A stretch of 64,000 bases of DNA from Actinomycetota bacterium (lineage in GTDB: Bacteria; Actinomycetota; Acidimicrobiia; Acidimicrobiales; Aldehydirespiratoraceae): NCBI GenBank assembly GCA_029979265.1, contig JAPOHW010000013.1:8739-72738 (forward strand). The letters are read 5' to 3'. Below the pieces are notes generated by a model that saw only the letters and a program-made list of their open reading frames with translations, was not told the origin of the DNA and made no database searches. Positions 25,593 through 33,625 of this stretch are shown here, piece by piece; position 1 is the first letter of the stretch; each line of letters opens with the position of its first letter. The translations under genes were made by a program, and so were the position numbers.

Positions 25593-27002
25593 ATGGCCGA
25601 ACCTGTGCTTGCGCCCAGCGGACTGAGGCTCGTCGTCGATGGCAACCTTTATCGCAGCGATCAGGGACGGCTGATGCTCGGCGGAGCGCCGTTGCGTCTC
25701 GTTCGGCTCAGTGACGCAGGTGCCGCCGCGGTCGACGGCTGGATCGGCGGTGCGCCGGTCGGAGGCGACGAAGCCGAACGACGATTGGCGCGTCGACTGC
25801 TCTCCGGCGGTCTCGTCCACCCGCAGGTGGAGCCGGTTGCCGTCGACGATGTCACGGTCGTGACCCCGGTGCTCGACGACGCTGCGGGTGCCCGTCGACT
25901 CGTCGACTGCCTGCCCGGCATCCCGATCATCGTCGTCGACGACGGTTCTGTGGTGCCACTTCGCGTCGATGGTCCAGACGTCACCCTCATTCGTCACGAC
26001 ACACCGCAAGGTCCGGCTGCAGCCAGGATGACCGGCCTCGAACAGGTCACCACGTCGAACGTGATCTTCGTCGATGCCGACATCGAACTCACGGTGGACG
26101 ACATTGCCTCGCTTCTCGGCCACTTCGCCGATCCCGAAGTGGTTGCCGTGGCGCCGCGGGTGGCGTCGGCGCCGGGACGTGGACTTCTCGCCGCCTACGA
26201 AGAGAACTTCTCGCCGCTCGATCTCGGTCGAGTTCCCTCGCCGGTCGGCCCGGGGCGGGTCGTCGCCTTCCTTCCGAGCGCCACACTGCTCCTTCGCACT
26301 GCCGTCGTCCGAGCGCAGGGAGGATTCGATTCGACGCTTCGCTACGGCGAGGACGTCGACCTGATCTGGCGACTGGCGGCCGAGGGTCGGGTCATCCGCT
26401 ACGACCCCTCGGTCGTCGTCATGCACCGCCCCCGGTCCGATTGGCAGGCGTGGTTCCGCCAACGCGTTGCATACGGCTCGTCGTCGGCACCGCTGGCGGC
26501 TCGGCACGGGGACGCGGCAACGCCGGCGCGGCCGCCGGCGCCGGTCGTGCTTGGGCTTGTCGCTGCTGCTGTTGTGCCGCGACGGGCGCTTCCCGCTGTT
26601 GCGTGTGCGACGGTCGCTCTGGTGCATCGCCGGATCGGTGCTGCGTTCGGTGGTGAGGCTCCACCGGGGATCACCGGCAGGGCCGTCGAGCACGCGGCCG
26701 GATCGACCATCACTGCGCTCGTGCGCGCCTGGTGGCCGTTCACCCTTTTCGCCGGGGCCGCCTCGCGCCGGGTTCGCCGTCGCGTCGGCGTTGCACTCAT
26801 CGGGGTGTCCGCCTCCGAGTACGCACGATCGGGACGCCACGTCGATCCCGTGCGAGGTGTCGGACTCCGACTCGTCGATCACCTTGCCTACGGCGTTGGC
26901 GTCTGGCAAGGAGCGATGCGACATCGATCGATGAAGGCGCTCGTGCCGGTCGTGGGAACTCGTGGCCACCCGTCGAACACGGCTACCGTCGCGGACCCAT
27001 GA
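25593..27002 (+). CDS. mftF: mycofactocin glycosyltransferase MftF (GT2 with membrane C-terminal half)
   Basis: 469-aa ORF. LRLVVDGNLYRSDQGRLMLGGAPLRLVRLS (PqqD-like N-terminus), VVTPVLDD...IIVVDDGS, FVDADI (DxD) and YGEDVDLIWR are present. The length and architecture are as in MftF. Confidence 0.85.
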   Translation: MAEPVLAPSGLRLVVDGNLYRSDQGRLMLGGAPLRLVRLSDAGAAAVDGWIGGAPVGGDEAERRLARRLLSGGLVHPQVEPVAVDDVTVVTPVLDDAAGARRLVDCLPGIPIIVVDDGSVVPLRVDGPDVTLIRHDTPQGPAAARMTGLEQVTTSNVIFVDADIELTVDDIASLLGHFADPEVVAVAPRVASAPGRGLLAAYEENFSPLDLGRVPSPVGPGRVVAFLPSATLLLRTAVVRAQGGFDSTLRYGEDVDLIWRLAAEGRVIRYDPSVVVMHRPRSDWQAWFRQRVAYGSSSAPLAARHGDAATPARPPAPVVLGLVAAAVVPRRALPAVACATVALVHRRIGAAFGGEAPPGITGRAVEHAAGSTITALVRAWWPFTLFAGAASRRVRRRVGVALIGVSASEYARSGRHVDPVRGVGLRLVDHLAYGVGVWQGAMRHRSMKALVPVVGTRGHPSNTATVADP

Positions 27003-28126
27003 ACCTTCCCGCTGCGATCGTGCCGTCTCGTCTCGACGACCTGCTCGGACGGGCCCGTCGGGAAGTGGATGAGGGCCGTCTGCCCGGCTTCCAGCTCGCC
27101 GTCGGTTTCGAAGGTGAGGTGGTGTTCGCCGAGGCGTACGGGGACGCGCGTGACGATGCGAGGTTTCACACGTATTCCGCGGTCAAACCGACGGTGAGCC
27201 TCACGGTGTTGGAACTCGCAGCTGAAGGATGGCTCAGTCTCGACGACCCAGTTGCGTCGATCCTTCCGACGTTCGGGACCAAGGGCAAGGAGCGAATCAC
27301 CGTTTCGCAGGTCCTCCTCCACAAGGGAGGCTTCCCTGCGGCACCGATGGCGCCTCGGATCGCAATCGACCGAGCGGCTCGCCTCCAGCGCTACAGCATG
27401 TGGCACACGACTTGGGAGCCCGGTACCCGATTCGAGTATCACCCGTCCTCTGCCCACTGGGTCCTGGCCGACCTCATCGAAGAGGTTTCGGGCCGGCCGT
27501 TTGCCGATGTCATCACCGAGCGGCTCATGGAGCCGGCCGGGCAGCCCCGGTGGCTCGCAATCCCGGAAGCCGAGCAGGGCGACATCACCGACGTGTATTG
27601 CGTCGGTGAGCCGATCGATCCGACCGAGTTCGAGGCGCAGTTCGGCGTCGCCCTCCCGGTCACCGAGGTCACCGATGATGCGCTGACCTCGTTCAACGAC
27701 CCGAGCGTACGAGCGTTGGGACAACCCGGCGGTGGCGGAATCACGTCGGCCAGTGGGTTCGCCTCGTGGTATCAGGCGATCCTGCACGACGACGGTGAGA
27801 TTCTGCGCCCTGAGGTCAAGCAGGATGCCCTGACCGTCGTCCGTCAGACCCACCAGGATCACATGGGGGTCCCGGCCAATCGCACCCACGCGTTCATCCT
27901 CGCCGGTGGCGATGGGCGGGCCAACGGCCGTGGCCATGGTCATACGGTGAGTCCGATGACGTTCGGACATGGTGGCGCGCGGGGTCAGTTGGCCTGGGCG
28001 GATCCGGTGTCGGGCGTGTCGTTCGGTTTCATGACCCATGGGCTGGAACGACATCGGTTGCACGAAGCCCGTCGTTCGGTTGCGCTCTCGACCAGGGCGG
28101 GCCTGGTCACGACGCCCGTCGACTGA
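26999..28126 (+). CDS. beta-lactamase-fold serine hydrolase (class-C/esterase-like)
   Basis: ORF 26732..28126 trimmed to ATG 26999, which overlaps the mftF stop (ATGA). The SxxK nucleophile motif is HTYSAVKPTVS, and a YHP tyrosine block is present. Confidence 0.8.
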   Translation: MNLPAAIVPSRLDDLLGRARREVDEGRLPGFQLAVGFEGEVVFAEAYGDARDDARFHTYSAVKPTVSLTVLELAAEGWLSLDDPVASILPTFGTKGKERITVSQVLLHKGGFPAAPMAPRIAIDRAARLQRYSMWHTTWEPGTRFEYHPSSAHWVLADLIEEVSGRPFADVITERLMEPAGQPRWLAIPEAEQGDITDVYCVGEPIDPTEFEAQFGVALPVTEVTDDALTSFNDPSVRALGQPGGGGITSASGFASWYQAILHDDGEILRPEVKQDALTVVRQTHQDHMGVPANRTHAFILAGGDGRANGRGHGHTVSPMTFGHGGARGQLAWADPVSGVSFGFMTHGLERHRLHEARRSVALSTRAGLVTTPVD

Positions 28127-29300
28127 CCAGGGCCCGAGCGGTTGCCCATGTCGTGGCCATCGCGATGCAGGTGACGAGCGCCACCGGTGCGAGCGCTTCG
28201 CTGCTGGTTCGATCGGCGAGCAGACCGATACCGGCGGGCACCACGATGGCACCAAGCGATGCGGCGGCGAACTGGTAGCCGACGAACCGAGCGGCGTTCC
28301 GAGAACCGAGATACACCGGTGTCCGATTGACCACCACCGGGAACATCACCGAGAACGCCAGCCCGAGGATGGGGAGAGCAAGGCCCCCCAGGCTCCCCGG
28401 ATCGAGAGCCAGGACGAGCGCACCGAGGATGCCCAGCGCTGACGCTCGACTCATCAGCACCTCGGGCGTGATGCGGTCTCCGAGCCATGCCATGGCAAAT
28501 CTGCCAATGGTCAAGCCACCCCAGTACGCCGAGACGAACCAGCCACCGGCGGTCTCGGACACCCCTCGTGCTTCGGTGAGCAACGTGAAGCTCCACTGTC
28601 CGGCACCCACCTCGACCCCGACGTAGAGGAAGAACCAGAACAACAGCAGGGCGAGCAGGCGGCCGGAATCGGCGGGGTCCGCCGTGCCGGTCGAGGTGAT
28701 CTGCTCGTCGTCGATGGGCAGATCGAAGCTCCGAGCGGTGCTGAGCGTGACGAACGCAACGAGCAACTGAATCGAGCCGAGGATGAGGAAGGGCGTGCCC
28801 CACCGGCCATCGTTGGCGACGAACGCAACTGCGAAGATCGGGCCGATTGCGGCGCCGACCCCGTAGAACCCGTGAATCAGGCCCATCGCCCGGCTGCCCC
28901 GACTCACCGCGACCCATGTGTTGATCGAAGCGTCGAGCAGACCGTTTCCAAGGCCGAGGAACAGGAAGCCGAACAGTGTCCCGACCCAACTCGAGCCGAC
29001 ACCGATCCACCAGAGTGCGCCTGCGGCGAGCACACCGCCGGTTCGGATGACTGCGGTCGCGCCGAACCGATCGGTCAGGTGGCCCGACCCCGCCGACGCC
29101 GTCATGTAGCCGCCGGCGAGTCCGGCGAAGATCAGACCGAAGTGCCCATCGGAGCGGCCGAATGCATCGCGCATCGAAGGCCACAGGGGGCCGAGGGCTC
29201 CATCGGTTGCCCCGAGCACGACGAACGCAACCAGTGCGAGGATTGCGGCCCGTTTCGTCTGCAGCACGCCACGAGTCTGGCGACTAGAACCTGGGCCCAT
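28107..29300 (-). CDS. MFS transporter
   Basis: ORF 28107..29375 trimmed to ATG at 29300 (or 29306). There are about 12 hydrophobic helices and a GxLxDRFG-type loop (GHLTDRFGA). Its 3' end overlaps the hydrolase by 20 nt. Confidence 0.75.
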   Translation of the reverse strand: MGPGSSRQTRGVLQTKRAAILALVAFVVLGATDGALGPLWPSMRDAFGRSDGHFGLIFAGLAGGYMTASAGSGHLTDRFGATAVIRTGGVLAAGALWWIGVGSSWVGTLFGFLFLGLGNGLLDASINTWVAVSRGSRAMGLIHGFYGVGAAIGPIFAVAFVANDGRWGTPFLILGSIQLLVAFVTLSTARSFDLPIDDEQITSTGTADPADSGRLLALLLFWFFLYVGVEVGAGQWSFTLLTEARGVSETAGGWFVSAYWGGLTIGRFAMAWLGDRITPEVLMSRASALGILGALVLALDPGSLGGLALPILGLAFSVMFPVVVNRTPVYLGSRNAARFVGYQFAAASLGAIVVPAGIGLLADRTSSEALAPVALVTCIAMATTWATARALVSRRAS

Positions 29301-29601
29301 GCTCATCGTCGCCGGAACATTCAGATTCGACCCTGACAAACTCGACGCTGTCGTTGCGCTCCAGGGCCCGCTCATGGAAGAGGTTCGAGCCGAAGTCGGC
29401 TGTCAGGCGTACGTCTTCTCCAACGACACGCAAGAGCCAGGGGTGCAACATCTGTTCGAGATCTGGGATGACGAGGCCGCGCTGGCAGCGCATGCCCGAG
29501 CGCCGCACATGTCGACCTACCGCGAAGCGATGCAGCAATTGGGTGCGCTGATCAGTCGCGAGGTCGTTCGGTACGAAGTGGGCGATGCACAGCCGCTCTA
29601 G
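29299..29601 (+). CDS. antibiotic-biosynthesis-monooxygenase (ABM/Dabb) domain protein
   Basis: 100 aa. MLIVAGTFRFDPDKLD...FEIWDDEAALAAHARAPHMSTYREAM follows the ferredoxin-like ABM pattern. Confidence 0.65.
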   Translation: MLIVAGTFRFDPDKLDAVVALQGPLMEEVRAEVGCQAYVFSNDTQEPGVQHLFEIWDDEAALAAHARAPHMSTYREAMQQLGALISREVVRYEVGDAQPL

Positions 29602-30368
29602 CGGCCGCGTTCGGCGAGATAGGCCGCACCGGCTGCGCGCGACTCCTCGTCGTGGAGGGCATTGACGAGCGAATCGGCATCGGACCAGGCTGTCGCGGTC
29701 GACACCAATGCTTCGGCCGCCGCGTCGACTGCCATGAGTGTGGCGCGCAACGTGAGGCGCGACTTTTCGGCAAGTGCTCGGGCCAACTCCTCGGCATCGT
29801 GCAGGTAGGCATCGTCGCTCGACACCGTGTTGACCATGCCGCGCAGGTGCGCCTCGCGGGCGCTGAACGACCGACACGTCATGACGAGTTCGCGGGTGGC
29901 TGCGGGACCGATCTCACGGACCAGCCGTTGGATACCACCCCACGCCAGTGGAATGCCCAGATCGACTTCAGGTATCGCGAAGTTCGTCGACTCGGCGGCG
30001 ACTCGCAGGTCACAGGCTGCAGCCAGGACGACACCACCACCGATGCAGTGGCCGTGGATCGCTGCGATCGTGACGGCCTGCATCGCCTCGATCGCCTCGG
30101 CCATGCGACGCCCGGCATCGGCTGCGTGGCGAGGGAGTGTGCCGGTCGGACCGCCGAACGAAGCGAGATCGGCACCGGCTGTGAACGCCCGCCCGGCCCC
30201 ATGCACGATCACCACGCGCACCTCGGCGAGACCGTCGAACCAGTCTGCGGCCGCCACCAATTCTTCGAGGCAGTGCGTGCTCAGCGGGTTGAGTTTCTCG
30301 GGCCGGTTGAGTCTCAGTCGGCCGACCCGACCCTCGGCAGTGCAGTCCAGCGTTTCGAAATCGGGCAT
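29598..30368 (-). CDS. enoyl-CoA hydratase/isomerase (crotonase) family protein
   Basis: 256 aa. VGRLRLNRPEKLNPL, the oxyanion-hole block GAGRAFTAGADL and IAAIHGHCIGGG are present. Confidence 0.88.
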   Translation of the reverse strand: MPDFETLDCTAEGRVGRLRLNRPEKLNPLSTHCLEELVAAADWFDGLAEVRVVIVHGAGRAFTAGADLASFGGPTGTLPRHAADAGRRMAEAIEAMQAVTIAAIHGHCIGGGVVLAAACDLRVAAESTNFAIPEVDLGIPLAWGGIQRLVREIGPAATRELVMTCRSFSAREAHLRGMVNTVSSDDAYLHDAEELARALAEKSRLTLRATLMAVDAAAEALVSTATAWSDADSLVNALHDEESRAAGAAYLAERGR

Positions 30369-30458
30369 GTGGAGACCATAGAGGCGTCCGTCCGCTGCCG
30401 CAGGGCTCGACGGTCGAAGGCAGCCATCACGACCTGGAGATCGCGCAACTGTCGACGT

Positions 30459-31748
30459 TCAACCGGAAGCCGTTTGCACTGTGCTCGGTTCGATGATCGA
30501 CATCGCGCCAGTGGTTGCACCGTTGCGAGTCCACGAAGCGATGTCGTGCTCCTCGGTCAACAACACGATCTGGTGCTCGTCGGATACCTGCACGAGGATC
30601 TCGATGATCTGCGCCTTCAGTTCTGCCGTCAGGCCGGAGAGCGCGTCATCGAGAATGAGCGGCAAACGTTCGCCGTCGGGCCCGAACCTGCTCACGTCAT
30701 CGACACGCTGCATGATTGCGCGGGCGTAGTCGTCGGTGTCGTCGGTGTCGTCGATCTCCGTCGACATGACCGAATCGTTTCCCCCGGCGATGTCGCTGGC
30801 AAGCGCCTCGATCTCGTCGCGATGCTCGAACGCCCAGTCGAAGCCGATGTCGCCGGCGAGCTCGGCCCACCGTGCGAGCGCCTCGTCGTGGCGGGCCTTT
30901 GTCTCGATGAGTTGTTGTCGCGTTCGCCCGCTGCCGATGAGTCCGTCGACGCGTTGCATGTGGAAGCCGAGGTACGACTGGGCGCCTGCCTCTGCCAGGG
31001 CGGCCATCTCCGCCTTGTGGGCCCGCAGCACTCGGTAGTTTCGAAAGAGTGAGACGGTGAGCATCAGGGCCGCAATGATTGCCAACAGCAGCGTGAGTTG
31101 TGGGCCGAGGAAGATCGCGATCGGGATCAGGGCAAGGGCGGTGATGAGACCTGCGATGAACGACACTCGGCGAGATTCTTCGGCGGTTCGCTGGGCTGCT
31201 TCGAAGCGTTCGTGGCGTTCCTCGATACGACTGACGACGGTGGCGTCCTCGGGGGACGAACCGCTCGACGTGGCGGCATGCTCGAGGCTGCGCTCGCTCT
31301 CCCTCGCGGCGTCGGCTGCCTCCCACAACGTCTCGGGATCGAGGGTGGCAAGACGTCGGATCACTTGCGTGTGGTGGGCGGCGGCGTCGAGGTCGCGACT
31401 GGTCAACCGGATGGCCCGCTTTGCGTCGCGGGCCGAGATACCGACAGCTGCCAACAGATCGATGTGGCCTTCGTCGTCGGTGAAGTTGGAGCTCACATCG
31501 GCAGCGGCGTCGACATCGACGACGCGAGCGCGAGCGCCGCGAGGCCGGAAGATTGCAAAGTGGCCGCCGTTGTCGGCCGTCACCTCTGCATGCACGCCGG
31601 TGCGGCCGGAACCCAGACTGCCGACCAACTCGTTGATCAGGCCCTCTCGCTCGACTTGGCCGACGCCCGGGATGATGGTGAGCTTGGGGTGGAAATCCAA
31701 TGCGAACGCAGTCTCATCGGCATCGATGACTAGACGTTCGAATCGCAT
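30459..31748 (-). CDS. hypothetical membrane-inserted SMC/ABC-ATPase-like protein with degenerate P-loop
   Basis: ORF 30459..31844 trimmed to ATG at 31748, with AAGGA upstream. The N-terminus MRFERLVIDADETAFALDFHPKLTIIPGVGQVEREGLINELVG is laid out like a RecF/SMC head but lacks the GKS/T. The middle is helical with two adjacent TM helices (FIAGLITALALIPIAIFLG / LTLLLAIIAALMLTVSLF). The C-terminus is Walker-B-like: PLILDDALSGL...IVLLTEEHD. Confidence 0.55.
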   Translation of the reverse strand: MRFERLVIDADETAFALDFHPKLTIIPGVGQVEREGLINELVGSLGSGRTGVHAEVTADNGGHFAIFRPRGARARVVDVDAAADVSSNFTDDEGHIDLLAAVGISARDAKRAIRLTSRDLDAAAHHTQVIRRLATLDPETLWEAADAARESERSLEHAATSSGSSPEDATVVSRIEERHERFEAAQRTAEESRRVSFIAGLITALALIPIAIFLGPQLTLLLAIIAALMLTVSLFRNYRVLRAHKAEMAALAEAGAQSYLGFHMQRVDGLIGSGRTRQQLIETKARHDEALARWAELAGDIGFDWAFEHRDEIEALASDIAGGNDSVMSTEIDDTDDTDDYARAIMQRVDDVSRFGPDGERLPLILDDALSGLTAELKAQIIEILVQVSDEHQIVLLTEEHDIASWTRNGATTGAMSIIEPSTVQTASG

Positions 31749-31928
31749 AGAGATCCTTTCGGCCGGACCGACCAGAAATTGAGTCGACGTGGTCGAGAGA
31801 GTAACGCTTCTCAACGTCACTCTGGCTGTGTCGGCGGGAGGCAACCGGGTCGACGCCGGATGGCGGGTTGGGAACCCGACCGCTGCGTGGCATCATTGCC
31901 GTCGCTCCGAGCGCTCGTTCGGAGGCCT

Positions 31929-32001
31929 GCTCCCTTAGCTCAGTCGGCAGAGCGTCTCCATGGTAAGGAGAAGGTCGTCAGTTCAATTCTGACAGGGAGC
32001 T
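31929..32001 (+). tRNA. tRNA-Thr (anticodon GGT), CCA not encoded
   Basis: Hand-folded. Acceptor GCTCCCT/AGGGAGC, D-arm GCTC..GAGC, anticodon arm TCTCC-ATGGTAA-GGAGA, T-arm GTCAG-TTCAATT-CTGAC. Confidence 0.9.
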
Positions 32002-32029
32002 CGTCGGTTCGACTCGTCGTACGAACCAT

Positions 32030-32106
32030 GGCGACGTAGCTCAGTTGGTGAGAGCGCTCGACTCATAATCGAGAGGTCGACAGTTCGAATCTGTCCGTCG
32101 CTACCA
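32030..32106 (+). tRNA. elongator tRNA-Met (anticodon CAT), CCA encoded
   Basis: Acceptor GGCGACG/CGTCGCT (G1-U72 pair, not the C1:A72 mismatch typical of initiators), anticodon arm CTCGA-CTCATAA-TCGAG (no GGG/CCC initiator stem), T-arm GACAG-TTCGAAT-CTGTC. Confidence 0.9.
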
Positions 32107-32137
32107 AGCTCTCGAGACCAAAAAGGAGACGGTGTCG

Positions 32138-32782
32138 ATGACACGAGCACCCCATCGTCTCCACATCGTCACAGACTCGTCACGTAACCCGGGCGGGTCC
32201 GAGAGGTCCAATACTGCTGATCCCGCCATGACCGCACTGGTCGAGCGGGCTGTCGCCGGCGAGCGCGGGGCGTTCGACGAACTGGTCAGGCTCACCCACC
32301 GCGATGCATTCGGGTTGGCCTTCCGGCTCACCGGCAACGAAGAGGATGCATCCGACGTGGTACAAGACGCTTACCTTCGGGCTTATCGAAGCATCAGCCG
32401 ATTTCGAGGTGATGCTCGCTTCAGCACCTGGCTCTATCGCATTGTCGCCAACTGTGCCTCCACCTTCAACTCACGCAAGGGCCGGCAACGCACCGAGGTG
32501 CTCTTCGACGACGATGTCGTCGAAGCCCATCCCGACAGGGATCCCGAGCAAGCGGTGGAGGCGACCGCGCTCCGGCAGGCGCTCGACGCAGCAATCCACG
32601 ATCTTCCGCCCCGGCTTCGTTCCGTGATCGTGTTGCGAGACGTCTACGACTTGCCGCACGAGGCGATCGCCGACGAACTCGGCATCTCGGTGAGTGCGGC
32701 CAAGGTCCGACTTCATCGAGCTCGTCGACGTCTGCGCGAGCAGGTCTTCCCGCTTCCCGGAGAGAACCTCCATGCTGTCTGA
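32138..32782 (+). CDS. ECF-type sigma-70 family RNA polymerase sigma factor
   Basis: AGGAG at 32124-32128 lies 9 nt before ATG 32138; alternatives are GTG 32132 and ATG 32228. The region 2 block is DASDVVQDAYLRAYRSISRFRGDARFSTWLYRIVAN. Region 4 is LPPRLRSVIVLRDVYDLPHEAIADELGISVSAAKVRLHRAR. Confidence 0.85.
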   Translation: MTRAPHRLHIVTDSSRNPGGSERSNTADPAMTALVERAVAGERGAFDELVRLTHRDAFGLAFRLTGNEEDASDVVQDAYLRAYRSISRFRGDARFSTWLYRIVANCASTFNSRKGRQRTEVLFDDDVVEAHPDRDPEQAVEATALRQALDAAIHDLPPRLRSVIVLRDVYDLPHEAIADELGISVSAAKVRLHRARRRLREQVFPLPGENLHAV

Positions 32783-33131
32783 ATCCCGCCCAGCTGCCTG
32801 CGACGCAGTCGCCGACGACCTCGCCGCAGTCGACGAGCAGTACGTGCTCAGCCCCGCTGTCGGTGCCCATGTCGAGTCATGCCTGCGGTGTCAGGCCGAG
32901 GTCGCCGGTTATCGTCGCCTGCGTCGGACGCTGCGCAGTCTTGCCGATCATCCCGTGATCGTTTCGCCACAACTCGAGGGTGACATTCTTGCTCGGCTCG
33001 ATGTTGCCGATGGCCGTCCAGCGGTGCGGGTTCCGGTGGCGGCGGCAGCCACGATCGGCAGTATTGCCGCCGCAGCGGGGGTCATCGTGCTTGCGGCTCG
33101 CCACCGTCGCGTGCTCCGACCGGCCGGTTGA
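32772..33131 (+). CDS. membrane-anchored zinc-binding (ZAS, HxxxCxxC) anti-sigma factor
   Basis: ORF 32694..33131 trimmed to ATG 32772, which overlaps the sigma gene by 11 nt. HVESCLRCQAEV is the zf-HC2 motif. One C-terminal TM helix is present (AAATIGSIAAAAGVIVLAA). Confidence 0.7.
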   Translation: MLSESRPAACDAVADDLAAVDEQYVLSPAVGAHVESCLRCQAEVAGYRRLRRTLRSLADHPVIVSPQLEGDILARLDVADGRPAVRVPVAAAATIGSIAAAAGVIVLAARHRRVLRPAG

Positions 33132-33201
33132 ACGCCCGCTCCTTGCCGAATCTCGCAGGTTTCGCCCGTCGATCCCGGTGGTAGCCTCAGAGATCGTTCT
33201 C

Positions 33202-33277
33202 AGGGGCGTGGCTCAATTGGTAGAGCACCGGTCTCCAAAACCGGCGGTTGGGGGTTCGAGTCCCTCCGCCCCTGCCA
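33202..33277 (+). tRNA. tRNA-Trp (anticodon CCA), CCA encoded
   Basis: Acceptor AGGGGCG/CGCCCCT, anticodon arm CCGGT-CTCCAAA-ACCGG, T-loop TTCGAGT, discriminator G plus CCA. It sits at the classical position upstream of secE. Confidence 0.92.
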
Positions 33278-33328
33278 TGGAGGCTTCGTCGTCCGGCGAG
33301 GCCCCGCACACATCCAAGGATTTGCATC

Positions 33329-33625
33329 ATGTCGATGAACCGGCAGCAAAAGCGCATGCTCCAGAAACAGGGCGAGATCGATGCCGACGGCGCACCCGTT
33401 CGCGCTCGCAAAGAGCCGGCTGCACCACGAGAACGTGCCAGCTTCGGCCAGTTCCTGCGCGAAGTGCGGGCCGAGCTCCGCAAGGTCGCGTGGCCGACCC
33501 GTGACGAGACCGTCAACTATTCGATCGTCGTGCTCGTGACGATCGTGTTCATGGGAGCCCTGATCTACGGCCTCGACTGGCTGTTCTCGACCTTCATCCT
33601 CGAACTTTTCGAACAGAGATCATGA
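33329..33625 (+). CDS. secE: preprotein translocase subunit SecE
   Basis: ORF 33248..33625 trimmed to ATG 33329, with AAGGA at 33316-33320. FLREVRAELRKVAWPTRDETVNYSIVVLVTIVFMGALIYGLD is the SecE TM plus hinge signature. The stop overlaps the nusG ATG. Confidence 0.85.
   Translation: MSMNRQQKRMLQKQGEIDADGAPVRARKEPAAPRERASFGQFLREVRAELRKVAWPTRDETVNYSIVVLVTIVFMGALIYGLDWLFSTFILELFEQRS

Noticed and set aside
25584-28255. Minus-strand ORFs of 461 aa and 455 aa antisense to mftF and the beta-lactamase-fold hydrolase.
   Set aside because: They are shadow ORFs. The + strand products have GT2 and SxxK motifs, while the antisense products are Arg/Asp/Gly-rich with no motifs.
31749-33277. Possible genomic island or integration event at the tRNA-Thr, tRNA-Met and tRNA-Trp cluster.
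   Set aside because: No integrase, recombinase or transposase ORF is present. I could see no direct repeat of a tRNA 3' end flanking the sigma/anti-sigma pair, and there is no compositional shift. The tRNA order matches conserved actinobacterial synteny.
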